From the NCBI GenBank assembly GCA_964016885.1, contig OZ024749.1, forward strand, positions 36,580,001-36,644,000: a stretch of DNA of 64,000 nucleotides. The letters run 5' to 3'. The notes beneath the pieces are model-generated. The model was given only the letters and a program-made list of their open reading frames with translations, was not told where the DNA came from and did not search any database. This DNA is from Eledone cirrhosa (Eukaryota). Position 1 is the first letter of the stretch; every line of letters begins with the position of its first letter. The translations under genes and the position numbers were made by a program. Shown in pieces: positions 15,116 to 26,925 of this stretch.

Positions 15116-15465
15116 TTATCATCATCATCGTCATCATTTCATTTTACGTCCGCTTTTTCCCTGCTTGCAAGGGTGGGACGGGAACTGATTCTGGCTTGAT
15201 TTCTACAGCTGGATGCCCTTCCTAACATCAACCTCATTAACAGTGAGTGCTGGGTGCTTTTTTGCCGTGGCACCTGCACGACCACTTTGCAGTGGAATGA
15301 TATGGACCCCAGTCCCTATGATCTCATTTCTACAGCTGAGTAAACTGGAGCAATGTGAAATAAAGTGTCTTGCTCAAGGAAACAACACATCACCCGGTCT
15401 GAGAATTGAACTCACAACCTTTCGATTGCAAGGCCAATGCTCTAACCACTAAGCCATGTGCCTCC
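15116..15465 (-). mobile_element. tRNA-head / CORE-like / RTE-tail SINE
   Basis: - strand head ggaggcacatggcttagtggttagagc (A box)...gagttcaattc (B box), ccttgagcaagacac core, tail ending in (gat)n. Near-identical copies at 26618-26925 and 42424-42748. Confidence 0.85.
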
Positions 15466-15557
15466 ATATTATATATCAACAAATTAAATACAACTCCTAC
15501 ATATAAATATATATATACATATACACACACAGATATACATTATATATATATAAACAA

Positions 15558-15750
15558 GGGCGGTGAATTGGCAGTATCGGTAGAGGGTTGGACACCATGC
15601 TTTCTAGCATAGTTACGTCCCTTTACAGTCTGAGTTCAAATCCCACCGAGGTTAACTTTGCCTTTCATCCTTACGGGGTCGATAAAATAAAGTACCAGTA
15701 ATGTACTGGGTAATTGCTGGCCTTGTGCCTAAAGTAGAAACCATTATTAT
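15558..15750 (+). mobile_element. second abundant tRNA-derived SINE family (octopus-type)
   Basis: tggcagtatcggtagag A box, gagttcaaatccc B box, body ctttgcctttcatccttacggggtcgataaaataaagtaccagt, (att)n tail. Confidence 0.85.
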
Positions 15751-16135
15751 ATATCATCATCATCATTGTTTAACGTCTGTCTTCCACGCTAGCATGGGTT
15801 AGACGGGTTTGTTCCACTTGAGGCAAGATTGGTCAAGTGACCGTGTCTTGCTCATATAGAACTGTTTCTAGCTGGTTTTCTATGGCTGGATGTCCTTCCT
15901 AACGCCAACCACATTTACAGTGTGGACTGGGAGCCTTTTTACCGTGTCTCCTACAAGACCACTTTACAGTGAGGACTGGGTGTTTCGTGGTGTCAACATA
16001 ACTTTACAGGTGTGGGAGGATGGAGTAGGAGATGTGGGGTGGGGGTGTATATTGGGTTAAGAGGGGCCTGCTGACTAGGTTTAAGTTCATACGTAAGAGA
16101 AGGTGGGTCTTCTGTAATACTGCATAGCACCAAAG

Positions 16136-16169
<34 letters not shown>

Positions 16170-16530
16170 AACACATATACAAAAGTAGTCTTCTATTTTC
16201 GTAAGTTCAAGATTTAACCCATATATGTGTGTGTGTATGTGTGTGTGTGTATGTAATATGTGCATATATGTGTGAATATATAATGTGCATATCATCATCA
16301 TCATCATCGTTTAACGTCCATTTTCCACGCTAGCATGGGTATATGTGTGTATATATAATATGTGCATATATGTGTGTATATATAATATGTGCATATATGT
16401 GTGTATATATATAATATGTGCATATGCGTGTATATGTAACACTCCCTCTCACCCACTCGCATCTTCCATAACTTTTAAATTCATTTCATAAGACAAATTC
16501 TCGTATTTGTAAATCAATTTATTGATATAC

Positions 16531-16568
<38 letters not shown>

Positions 16569-16685
16569 GTATATGTATATATATGTATGTATATATATAT
16601 ATATATATATATATAGGTTACTTTGTTGCTGATTGTGAAACTATACTTTTATTGTATTTTCATTATTTTAATCGACTTTAGTCAT

Positions 16686-16868
16686 TTCTTGTTGTTGTTG
16701 TTGTTCTTCTTCTTCTTTTTCTTCTTTTTCTTTCTTTTTTTTCTTTTTCTTCTTCCTTTTCTTCTTTTTCTTCTTTTTCTTTTTCTTCTTTTTCTTTTTC
16801 TTCTTTTTCTTCTTTTTCTTTTTCTTCTTTTTCTTTTTCTTTTTCTTTTAATTTTTCTTCTTCTTCCC
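16686..16868. repeat. ~170-bp polypyrimidine (CTT/CTTTTT) tract
   Basis: Direct inspection. Confidence 0.9.
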
Positions 16869-18604
16869 ACAACCCCCACCACCAACACCCTCTGCCATAT
16901 TTAAAGATTGCCTAGATTCTAATGGTTTTATTGAAAAAAATTTTGAAAATTAATTTTTTTAAATCATTATTATGATTATTGTTATTATTATTATAAGTAG
17001 TTGTTGTTGTATTGGTAGTTGTTGTTGTTGTTGTTGCTTTATTGGTTGTAGTTGTTGTAGTATTTGTTTTAAATGTGTTGTTAATGAAGAAAGTTTCGTT
17101 TGAGGCATGCCAACAACAGCAACAACAATATTACAGAAACATTAATAGCAAGAACGACCATAGGATATAGTTTAGTTCTGTTCCACAAAGAACAACAACA
17201 ACAGCACCAAAATGTAGTGTAGTCTCCTCCAGGAACATTTCCACCTCACTTCACTCTCCATCTTTTAATTACTTCAATAGAAGATGAAGAAAAAAATATT
17301 AAACCAAATAATTTTTATTCTTTCTGCTCTTCACTTCACTTCTCTGCTTCTGTACGTTACTCTGTGTGTGTGTATCTGTGTATGCCTGTATGTGTGTATC
17401 TGTGTGTGTGTCAGTGTGTGTCAGTGTGACTTGTGACTATGTGTATGTATATTGCTGTCCATTACGGAATGTTATAAGACAAAATATATATAGTTACCCG
17501 GTCCACTCCCTGCTAATAATATGACCACAGCATGCAACATTGCACCATATCACACCACACTACACAATGTTGTATATAAACACTATCACACCACACCATA
17601 AAACACTATCACACCACACTACTTCACAACATGTTATATATAAACTGTTGCCACACCATATATAAACTACCACCACACCATGTCACTCCACTCCACATTA
17701 CACCACACCACACCACTCCACTCCACATTACACCATATATAAACTACCACCACACCATATCACTCTACACTACACCACTCCACTCCACACTACACCACAC
17801 CACTCCACTCCACACTACACCACACCACGCCACTCCACATCACACCACACCACTCCACACTACACCATGCCACTCCACATCGTGCCACTCCACACCACGT
17901 CACTCCACACCACTCCACTCCACACTACACCACACCATATATAAACTAAACCAAATAAAACCTCTCCACATCAATTCTTTCCATCAACTGACATTTTACT
18001 GAAGCTTTTCAATTTAGAAAATTACTGTTTTCTTTAGTTTACTGTTGTTGTGGTTGTTGTTGTGGTAGTTGTTGTTGTGTTGGCGGTAGTAGTCATAGTT
18101 GTTGTGGGGCTGTTGGTGGTAGTGGTGGTGGTAGTTGTAGTTGTTGGGCTGTTTGGTGGTAGTTGTGGTATTGTTGTTGTGGTGGTTATGGTGGTGGTTG
18201 TGGTATTGTGGTGGTGGTGGTGGTAGTTGTGGTGGTGGTAGTAGTAGTTGTGGTGGTGGTAGCAGTTGTTGTTGTTGTTGTGAACTGTGTATTGTAATTG
18301 ACTTACTAGCCACCATGATACAGAAGCTTCACTAGACTGCAATTCCACAAACTGGAACTAAACTCTGGGTTACAATGTACAGGCACCATCACTCTGATAC
18401 CAGCACCAGCTCTCCCACAAATACTATAACCCCCCCCCCCCCCTTACAACAAACATGCCCTCTGATCCCCACCCACCACCAGCAGAGACTACTCTCCCCT
18501 AGTCACCCCCTTCTCCCACTACAGATATACACTATATATCTGCACAGTTCCCAATATATATATATAGACACAATAATATCCTCCTAGTCCTCAATACCCA
18601 TACT

Positions 18605-18925
18605 ATCATCATCATCATCATCATCATCATTTTACGTCTGCTTTTCCCTGCTTGCAAGGGTGGGACGGGTCTTATTCAGCACAGCATCTCTCCACTCGCC
18701 ACAGTCCTTCGTCATCTCCACCGTGAGCTTCAATGATATGAGGTCTGTTATCACCACCTCCGCCCATGTTTTTCGTGGTCTACCTCTACCACGTCTTTCT
18801 TCAACTGGCATTTCCTGGCACTTCTTCACCCATCAGTCATCCTCAATGTGCATCACATGTCCATACCACCTCAGTCTCCTCTCTCGCACACTACATTCTA
18901 TCCCTCTCAGACACAGTTTCTCTTT
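18605..18925 (-). mobile_element. RTE-clade LINE 3' end (decayed ORF2 C-terminus plus (gat)n tail)
   Basis: - strand ...LRWYGHV...RRGRGRPRKTWAEVV...TKDCGEWRDAV; related copy at 59535-59825. Confidence 0.85.
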
Positions 18926-19492
18926 CAACACATATATACATATATATATATATATATCATGTTTACATTCCATCTAACTAACCAACTAGACTGTCCTTCA
19001 CTGTCCTCCATTTTGAGCTCCTACTTCTCCAGTTGTCACACGTACACACATACACACGTGTGCATGTGTAATTTATGTCATGAACTACATCTCTTGACAG
19101 TGTGTATGTATATATATCATCTTGGTTAAGAGAGTGGGACTGGCTTTGTGCAGTGCCTTTGCTCACTATAAAAGCTTCACGGCACAGGCATTGCTTTATA
19201 TCTGAAGATCTCTCTGCACTTGTCGTCACATGGTACCATGGGCCCAGCACTATGTGTCAATAATTGTCACAAGTGTAGTGTTTGTACCAGAGTTTTCAAG
19301 TCGTTGGCTGGACTAAAAAGTCACACACGTTCAGCGCATCGGTAGGGGTTCTCCTACATGGATATAAAGTAGAGGCCGTACTCGAAAAACGAGTTGGCAG
19401 CCACCATATATATATGTATGGGGGTTGTATCAGTGTGTGTGTGTAATATATGTGTAGTTGGTTAGATTATCAATATTAGCATTATTGGGGCA

Positions 19493-19619
19493 CCCACTGA
19501 TGAATTATAGGAGCCCACTTGAATATATATCTATTGATGGTATACAAGCTCCTACATAAATTGGTATAATTTAACCCAAATTGTAGGAATCCTATAATGA
19601 AACGAGACGTCCGTCTGGG
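19493..19619 (+). ncRNA. type I hammerhead ribozyme motif with large branched loop II
   Basis: ccca-CTGATGA(19497-19503)-attatagga...tcctataat-GAAA(19599-19602)-cgagacgtccg-TC|tggg. GUC cleavage triplet at 19613-19615; stems I, II and III all pair. Confidence 0.8.
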
Positions 19620-19804
19620 AAGAGATATATTCGATATGTCTCATATGAAATAATACAGCCAATTTTCCACGCAATACTTTTAGTTAGCACCCCGAACGCA
19701 TAATTGGGAATATAATCACTTATTTCCTAATGTTTGTTGAGTGAGTTGGAATTTGGCCGGAGTATCGCTAAAAAGCTTTCTCCGATATTGTATTTATTTA
19801 TTTA

Positions 19805-19836
<32 letters not shown>

Positions 19837-19838
19837 AT

Positions 19839-20174
19839 ATATATAAGATCAAAAGATGGTTAAATGAGTTCCATGTATTTTATTATGCGCATTTCAAAAA
19901 CAAATATCATCATGCAATAACATTTGTGTTTTCATCAGATAAAATAGGAGGACATGATATGAAGATTAAAAACACTTGTGGATAGTGCAGTTTTAAATCA
20001 ACATATCATTTGTTGATTTAAAACTGCACTATCTACAAGTGTTTTTAACCTTCATATCATGTCCTCCTATTTTATCTGATGAAAACACAAATGTTATTGC
20101 ATGATGATATTTGTTTTTGAAATGCGCATAATAAAATACATGGAACTCATTTAACCATCTTTTGATCTTATATA
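19839..20174. repeat. near-perfect ~165-bp-arm palindrome (7-nt loop) of a hammerhead-bearing element
   Basis: Arms 19839-20003 and 20011-20174 are reverse complements with two differences seen. Followed by tail ctacaataaaactcacctcctaca; flanked by (TA)n. Confidence 0.95.
20068..20138 (+). ncRNA. minimal type I hammerhead motif with palindromic loop III (mirror copy on - strand at 19876-19946)
   Basis: tattttat-CTGATGA-16-bp stem II-GAAA-tgcgca-TA|ataaaata. Perfect 8-bp stem I; TGCGCA palindrome. Confidence 0.8.
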
Positions 20175-20211
20175 TTATGTATACTCCAGTACTACAATAA
20201 AACTCACCTCC

Positions 20212-20255
<44 letters not shown>

Positions 20256-20327
20256 TATTGAAGTTTCTGTTGAAAATTGAAAAAGTCAGAGTAATGAAGA
20301 GTGCTCTATGTAAGTTACAGAGCTAAA

Positions 20328-20454
20328 TATTTAATGTATAATAAACAATACAGTATTGCTTTGTCTGATGAACGAATGCGGACGTGTCTTGTATTCATCT
20401 TATTTGGGAAACCTCTGGTAATGAGGTAATTATACTGTATTGTTTATTATACAT

Positions 20455-20460
<6 letters not shown>
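20328..20460 (+). ncRNA. type I hammerhead motif with ~37-bp stem I (stem II degenerate)
   Basis: CTGATGA 20365-20371, GAAA 20408-20411, cc-tct-gg-TA| (GUA 20418-20420). 20328-20364 pairs with 20421-20460. Confidence 0.65.
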
Positions 20461-20488
<28 letters not shown>

Positions 20489-20674
20489 GAAGTTCTATTT
20501 AAATTGTTGGGATACAATGGGTTATTTAAATCTACTGTGATTTTAAAATATCCGAAACTAATTTACATAATAGTATAAATAAATTTATAACCCCACTATC
20601 CGGGAGCTTCCAACAGAAATGGTCGCATTCTTTAAGGTTATGTCAATATTTATTTATAAAACTGCTCTATATTA

Positions 20675-20739
20675 TATTTTATCTGATGAAAGCACACCAT
20701 AATTTAACTTGGTGTCCTTGAAATATCTATAATGAAATA
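20675..20739 (+). ncRNA. minimal type I hammerhead motif (family shared with 45632-45697)
   Basis: tattttat-CTGATGA(20683)-aagcacacca...tggtgtcctt-GAAA(20720)-tatcta-TA|atgaaata. Lies in a ~290-bp element (20486-20778) between (TA)n tracts. Confidence 0.7.
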
Positions 20740-20802
20740 AATATGGTTTTATAAATATAGTTTCCATTTGTTAATATATCATATATATATATATATATAT
20801 TG

Positions 20803-20834
<32 letters not shown>

Positions 20835-20874
20835 GGGGTTGTATCAGTGTGTGTGTAATATATATATATATATC

Positions 20875-20945
<71 letters not shown>

Positions 20946-21925
20946 GGGGTTGTATCAGTGTGTGTGTAATATATATATATATATATATAATCTCTTGGTG
21001 TTGTAATCAGTAGCTGTCTCATGTCTAGATATTATAGTCTGTCCACCATCACTCTCCCTTCACCCACATTTCAGAGTTTACTGGGTAGGGGATATTGTGG
21101 TGTCACCCTCACTCAGTTCACCCTGTTAACTGGGTAAACTAGATATCCTAGTCTAATCCCCTTGTCTAATCTAGATATCACAGTCTAACCCTACCCTTGT
21201 ACTCTAATATCTAGATATCCTAGTCTAACCCCACCCCTCAGTTCGGGGGGGGGGGGGGGGGGCAGAGTTTACTGAGGGGACATATCTTATTGTTATAGCT
21301 TTATGTCCTAGAAATAGCTAAATGACCACCACAACAGCAACTTGGGTTTTTCAAAGATATTTAGATATCAGAACATCCTTTAAATAAGAACAATTTACCT
21401 TTGTTTAATTTTGACACATAAGCAAAGATTTTCAAGGCATCCAATTAAAGGCCCCAGTATTTGTTCTGGCCCTCTGTGCTCTGAGTTCAAATCCTACCCA
21501 GTTCCTATCTGGCCAGAATTCTCTCACTTTTATCTGTTCAAACCAGCCGTAACCAGCCCCTCACTCTGATGTTAAGGCATTGTCCTCAAAATGAATAACA
21601 GCAAAATCTCATAGATTCAATATTATGTGAAATAATTGAGGTAAAAACCTTTACTGTGAAAAATACACTAGAATATATAGAGTAATGTAAATGCTAAAGG
21701 GTTAATCTTTCAAGGTCAATAAATCAAGTACCAGTTTACTACTGTGGCTGAGTCTTCCTCTCTCTATATTTCTCACTTTCTCTTTTGTTAGTGTATTATG
21801 TACAAGGTTTTCTGCTATTCATTCCAATACTCATAGTTCTGATTTCCAGTTTCTTCTCTTTTTCTTTTGAAGAAATCAGCTGAGTTCCAACAACCTGGAG
21901 GGGGATGGGTTTCACCAGGTTTAAC

Positions 21926-22246
21926 AATTTAGCATTTAAACTGGCCATATCCGGCTAGAATTCTCCCACCTCTTTCTGTTCAAACTAGTTGTAACTGGCC
22001 ATACGGTGTTGTTCTCAAAATAAATAATGCCAAAATTTCGTAGATTCTGTATTATGTGAGGCAAAACCTTTACTGTGAAAATACAATAGTAAATATAGAA
22101 TAATTGATTCTACTTTTGGCACAAGGCTAGCAATAACTCAGTGTATTACTGGTACTTTATTTTATCGACCTCTGTAAGGATGAAAGGCAAAGCTAATCTC
22201 GGTGGGATTTGAACTCAGATTAATAATGTAAATGCTAAAGGGTTAA
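21926..22246. mobile_element. piggyBac-like MITE interrupted by a - strand SINE fragment (~22103-22219)
   Basis: MITE body, then tctacttttggcacaaggc...gggatttgaactcaga, then the MITE end aatgtaaatgctaaagggttaa. Confidence 0.7.
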
Positions 22247-23138
22247 AATATCCAAGGCATGCTGTGTGTTAGGGCTGTGCCCTTACTATACTATCAGGGG
22301 TTAAAGGGGCCATTCTCTTGTTTCCTTCTGCCCACCACCCCCCTTATTACTGGCTCTGTGGTGTTACAGGGTGTATGACTCAATCCCTGTGTAGGAATGG
22401 GTTAATGTATATTTTACTAAATGCCACATCATCAACAGCACCAATAGCACAACCGCTACCACCACCACCACAATCACCACCTCTACTACTACCACCACCA
22501 CCATCACTACTCCCACTACAATCACCAACACCACCACCAACAACACCAGTACCAACACTACTACCAACACCACCACCAATACCACCAACAACACCATCAT
22601 TACCACCACTACCACCACCATCACTGCTGCCACCATCACTACCACAACAATCACCAACAACAACACCACTACCACCACAATCACCAACAACAACACGACC
22701 ATCTCCACCACCACAACCACCAATACCAATACCACCACCATCACCAATAACATACCACTGATACCATCACCACTACCACCGCAATCATCAACAACAACAA
22801 CAACACTACCATCTCCACCACCGCCACAAACAACTCTACAACCACCCCCACCAATATCACCCCCACCACCACCTCCACACTACCCCCACCACCACCTCCA
22901 CCCCACCCCCACCACAATGTTTATAAAACCTTATCAGTCAATTGCAATAAATACCTTTATTTATTTATTTACTTATTTGTTCATTTATTTATTCCCCTTT
23001 TTTCTGTGACCTCTTTTTACTGTACACCTCCTCCTCCTCCCCCTCTCTCTTAATACCTCCTACCACTGCTCACTGTTCATATATGTGTGTGTATGTATGT
23101 ATATATATATATATGTATGTGTGTGTATGTATGTATGC

Positions 23139-23194
<56 letters not shown>

Positions 23195-23334
23195 ATATAT
23201 GTATGTGTATGTATATATATATATACATATATAGCGGTGAATATATATAGTTAACACTGTGTGTGTGTGTATATGTATGTGTATGTATATATATACATAT
23301 ATAGCGGTGAATATATATAGTTAACACTGTATGC

Positions 23335-23367
<33 letters not shown>

Positions 23368-23375
23368 GTTAACAC

Positions 23376-23407
<32 letters not shown>

Positions 23408-23463
23408 ATGCTATATATGTGTGTGTGTGTGTATATGTATCTAATATAGTTAACACTGTATGT

Positions 23464-23520
<57 letters not shown>

Positions 23521-23801
23521 GCTATATATGTGTGTATATGTAGCTATGTCTGTAGTTATTGTCCTGACCAAAATAGCCAGTAATTATACTGCGATCACAA
23601 CAGACTAAATACTTCAGAAATAGGTGTTCTCTATATTAAGTGAGGGTTAACTGGTTAGAACTGTTTGGCCTAGTAGTTAGGGTGTTGAACTTATAATCGT
23701 AAGGTAGTGGTTTCAATTTCTCGACTGAGCAGTGTGTTGTGCTTTTCTACAAGACGCTTCATTTTATGTTGTTCTTCATAATAGGATTGGGGTCTCTATC
23801 A

Positions 23802-24021
23802 TTAACCCTTTAGCATTTAAAGCAGCTGTGTCTGGCCAGAATTCTTTCACTTCTTTCTGTTCAAACTGGCCATACATAACCAGCCACTCATACTGATGTT
23901 AAGGTATTGTTCTCAAAATGAATAATATCAAAATCTCGTAGATTCAATATTATGTGAGATAAAGCCTTTACCGCAAAAATACAATAGTAAATATAGAGCA
24001 ATGTAAATGCTAAAGGATTAA
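23802..24021. mobile_element. piggyBac-like MITE (TTAA target)
   Basis: ttaa-ccctttagcattta...taaatgctaaagga-ttaa. Homologous copies at 54275-54562, 6726-6905 (inverted), 21505-21705 and 21926-22246. Confidence 0.75.
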
Positions 24022-24466
24022 AACGCTTATACTTTGTAAATCAAAAGACCAGCCTTTTGATATGTTTATTGTTGTACTGTATTAAGATGTGTTTATTGTT
24101 GTACTGTTCAGTGTTCATTCATTGATAAAGTTCACTCTTCATTAAGGTGCAGTTATCCTATTGTTTACTGTTCACACATCTATAAAGTTCATACTTCATT
24201 AAGATCTGTTTACCATTACATAGACTACTGTTCATTGTTTACTCATCTATAAAGTCTGTTTACTTTGTTTATTGTGTTATTTACTGTTTACTTTGTTTAT
24301 TGTGTTATTTACTGTTTACTCATAAAGTCTACCTTTTATTAAGATGTATTCATTGTTCACTATTTACTGTTCCATAAAGCCTGTTTTTAAGTTGCGTTTA
24401 TCATTGTATTGTTCACTGTTAACTGTTCACTAAATCCTGTTTCTTTTTCCATTTGTGTGTCTACAG

Positions 24467-24569
24467 AATACAATCGGTTTGAAACCAAAATTCAAGATTT
24501 ACGGGAACAAATCATGAACACAAGTACTGGCAGTTTACGAACAACACAGAAACGAACTCTATATGTCAG
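24467..24569 (+). CDS. dlg1: discs large (DLG1/SAP97-like MAGUK) exon: PDZ3-SH3 linker and start of SH3
   Basis: ctacag|...|gtaagg boundaries; 103 nt, phase 1 to 2. Translates (E)[33 protein letters not shown](R), matching the DLG-family YSRFEAKIHDLREQMMN...SLRTSQKRSLYVR segment. Confidence 0.96.
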
Positions 24570-25025
24570 GTAAGGAAGGACACTTTACTACCTGCTAGTG
24601 GGGGCTTTAGGGGTTACAGTTTGGTGCTGTTTGAATTCTACTGGGACTGGACATGTTACCACCTGATAGTGGGGGCTTTAGGAGTTAAAGTTTGGTGGTC
24701 TGGGAACTATACTGGGACTAAGGAAGGACATGTTACCACCTGATAGTGGAGGCATTAGTGATAAAAGTTAGGTGGTCTGGGAACTATACTGGGATTAAAA
24801 AAGGACACACACATTACCTTTGGATAGTAAAGGTTTAGGAGTTAAGGTTTGGTAGTGTTGGGACTAAGGAAGAACACATTACCACCTGATAAGGGGAGTT
24901 TGATGGTGTGGGAACTCTAATGTGACTAAGGGAAGACACTTTACTACCTGATAGTGGGGTGTATTGTTAAGGTTTCATGGCGTGGGAATTCACTGGGACT
25001 AAGGAAAGACATGTTACCTTATGAT
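24570..25025. repeat. degenerate ~70-bp tandem repeat starting at the exon donor site
   Basis: Recurring (g/c)taaggaaggaca...ttac(c/t)acctgatagtgggg...gggaact...ctgggac. Confidence 0.75.
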
Positions 25026-26467
25026 AGGTTTAAGGGTTGTTTTGAGATTTGGGGACTACTCATAAACCAGACAGATAACCTCCTTACAACCCCTATGTTT
25101 ATATAGCATAATGGTATAGTGCATCATTAGATGCAATAAACTGCATTTATACCAGTTGCATTAACACCATTGTTTGCATGTAAATGCCATTTGATACTCT
25201 CTGCATTTAGTTGTGGTTGTTGTGTGGTGGTTTGTAGTGTGTGTGCGTGCATGTATTTAATGTGTTTTTACTCTGTGTGTAGTGTGATTGGTGAACCCTC
25301 ATCTCTCCCTGCCCCTCAAAAAAACTAGTTGTTTGTCAATGATATATAAACTATATTTCAGAGATGACTCAATTTCACATTACAGCATTGGGTTTGGTAG
25401 GGTACAGTGGGGTGAGAGGGAGTCACCTCCTTCACACCTTATTACATCACCACCACCACCACCACCGACAGAATGGGCTGGAGTGGGGTAGAATCTACTC
25501 CTATCTCTACTCAGCCACAGCTACCCATAATGTGGGGTGGGGTGGAATCAACCCTCTCCTACCCTACAACTACCCCCACCCAGTCAATACTTGCCAGTTT
25601 AGTTGTTGCTTTTCTTTATTTGTGTTTTGTCTCTGTGAATTTGCACTTCCACCACCTCCTTCATCCTCCTCCATCCTCCTCCTCCTTCATCCTCCTCCTC
25701 ATCATCATCCTCAGCTCTCTAGTGAAGCAATGGGTAGCTCCCCTTCTCCTGGCCCCACCCACCCACCCACCATACTGTTTGGTGGAAATGAGTGAGAATG
25801 AAGGTGAAGTGTTATGTTGATATCTAACTTAACCAAGTTTGCAATGGATTTTCTCTCTCCCCCTTTCTCTCTCACTCCTTCTGCTTCTCTTTTCTCCACA
25901 CAAAAACATATGTATATGTGTATATATATATATATATATCATAAAATGCACCTGGTGCACACTGTAGAGTACCTAGTGCACCTCTGAGAGGTCAGTAGCT
26001 TCGACTAAGTACTGACTTGGTCTGTGATGAACCCCGCCAACATTATACTAACATTGAAAAACAGACATGAAATGATGTTGATAATATATGTAAAGTAGTA
26101 GTACTGGTGCCTCAATAAAATGCACCTGGTACACTCTGCAAAGTATTTTGCTTTAGGAAGGGCATCCTGCCATAGAAACCATGTGAAAATGGAACGTATG
26201 TGTAAGACATGGCCATCTGTTTTGTCTAATCTCAGAACATCTCAACCTATGTACATACACTGTAACATGGTTGGTGTTAGGAAGGACATCTGGCTGTTGG
26301 AACCAAGCCAAAATACAGATCCGTGTGAGCAAGATATGGTCTCCAGACCTGACTTGTCTCATAACGTGACAACCCATCTAATCCATGCAAGCATGGAAAA
26401 AAAGACATTAAATGATGATGATATACATATACATACAATATACGAGTATATATATATATATATATAT

Positions 26468-26612
26468 AGGAAAAAGTATGACCCCGACGGCAGAGCTCAA
26501 GCTGTTTCGACGGCTATTTCTGGACTCCATTTCCCACTCTACTACCCTAAGTATTGAGTACTCTGGTGCGTTATGGTCCATTTGGTTCCTTACCACAATT
26601 CCTTTGTTATAT
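26468..26612 (+). mobile_element. copy of the palindrome-plus-tail element lacking the right arm
   Basis: Left arm gaccccgacggcagagctcaagctgtttcgacggcta joined directly to tail cccactctactaccctaagtattgagtac; (TA)n flanks. Confidence 0.8.
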
Positions 26613-26617
26613 ATATA

Positions 26618-26925
26618 TCATCATCATCATTTCATCATTTCATTTTACGTCCACTTTTCCCTGCTTGCAAGGGTGGGACGGGAACTGATTCTGGCTTGAT
26701 TTCTACAGCTGGATGCCCTTCCTAACACCAACCTCATTTACAGTGAGTGCTGGGTGCTTTTTTGCCGTGGCACCTCCACGACCTCATTTCTACAGCTGAG
26801 TAAACTGGAGCAATGTGAAATAAAGTGCCTTGCTCAAGGAAACAACACATCACCCGGTCTGAGAATTGAACTCACAACCTTTCGATTGCAAGGCCAATGC
26901 TCTAACCACTAAGTCATGTGCCTCC
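26618..26925 (-). mobile_element. tRNA/CORE-like/RTE-tail SINE copy (internal deletion)
   Basis: Direct homology to 15116-15465. Confidence 0.85.

Noticed and set aside
15400-15465. tRNA-like A/B-box sequences (many copies)
   Set aside because: SINE heads; no complete cloverleaf, and each continues into a SINE body
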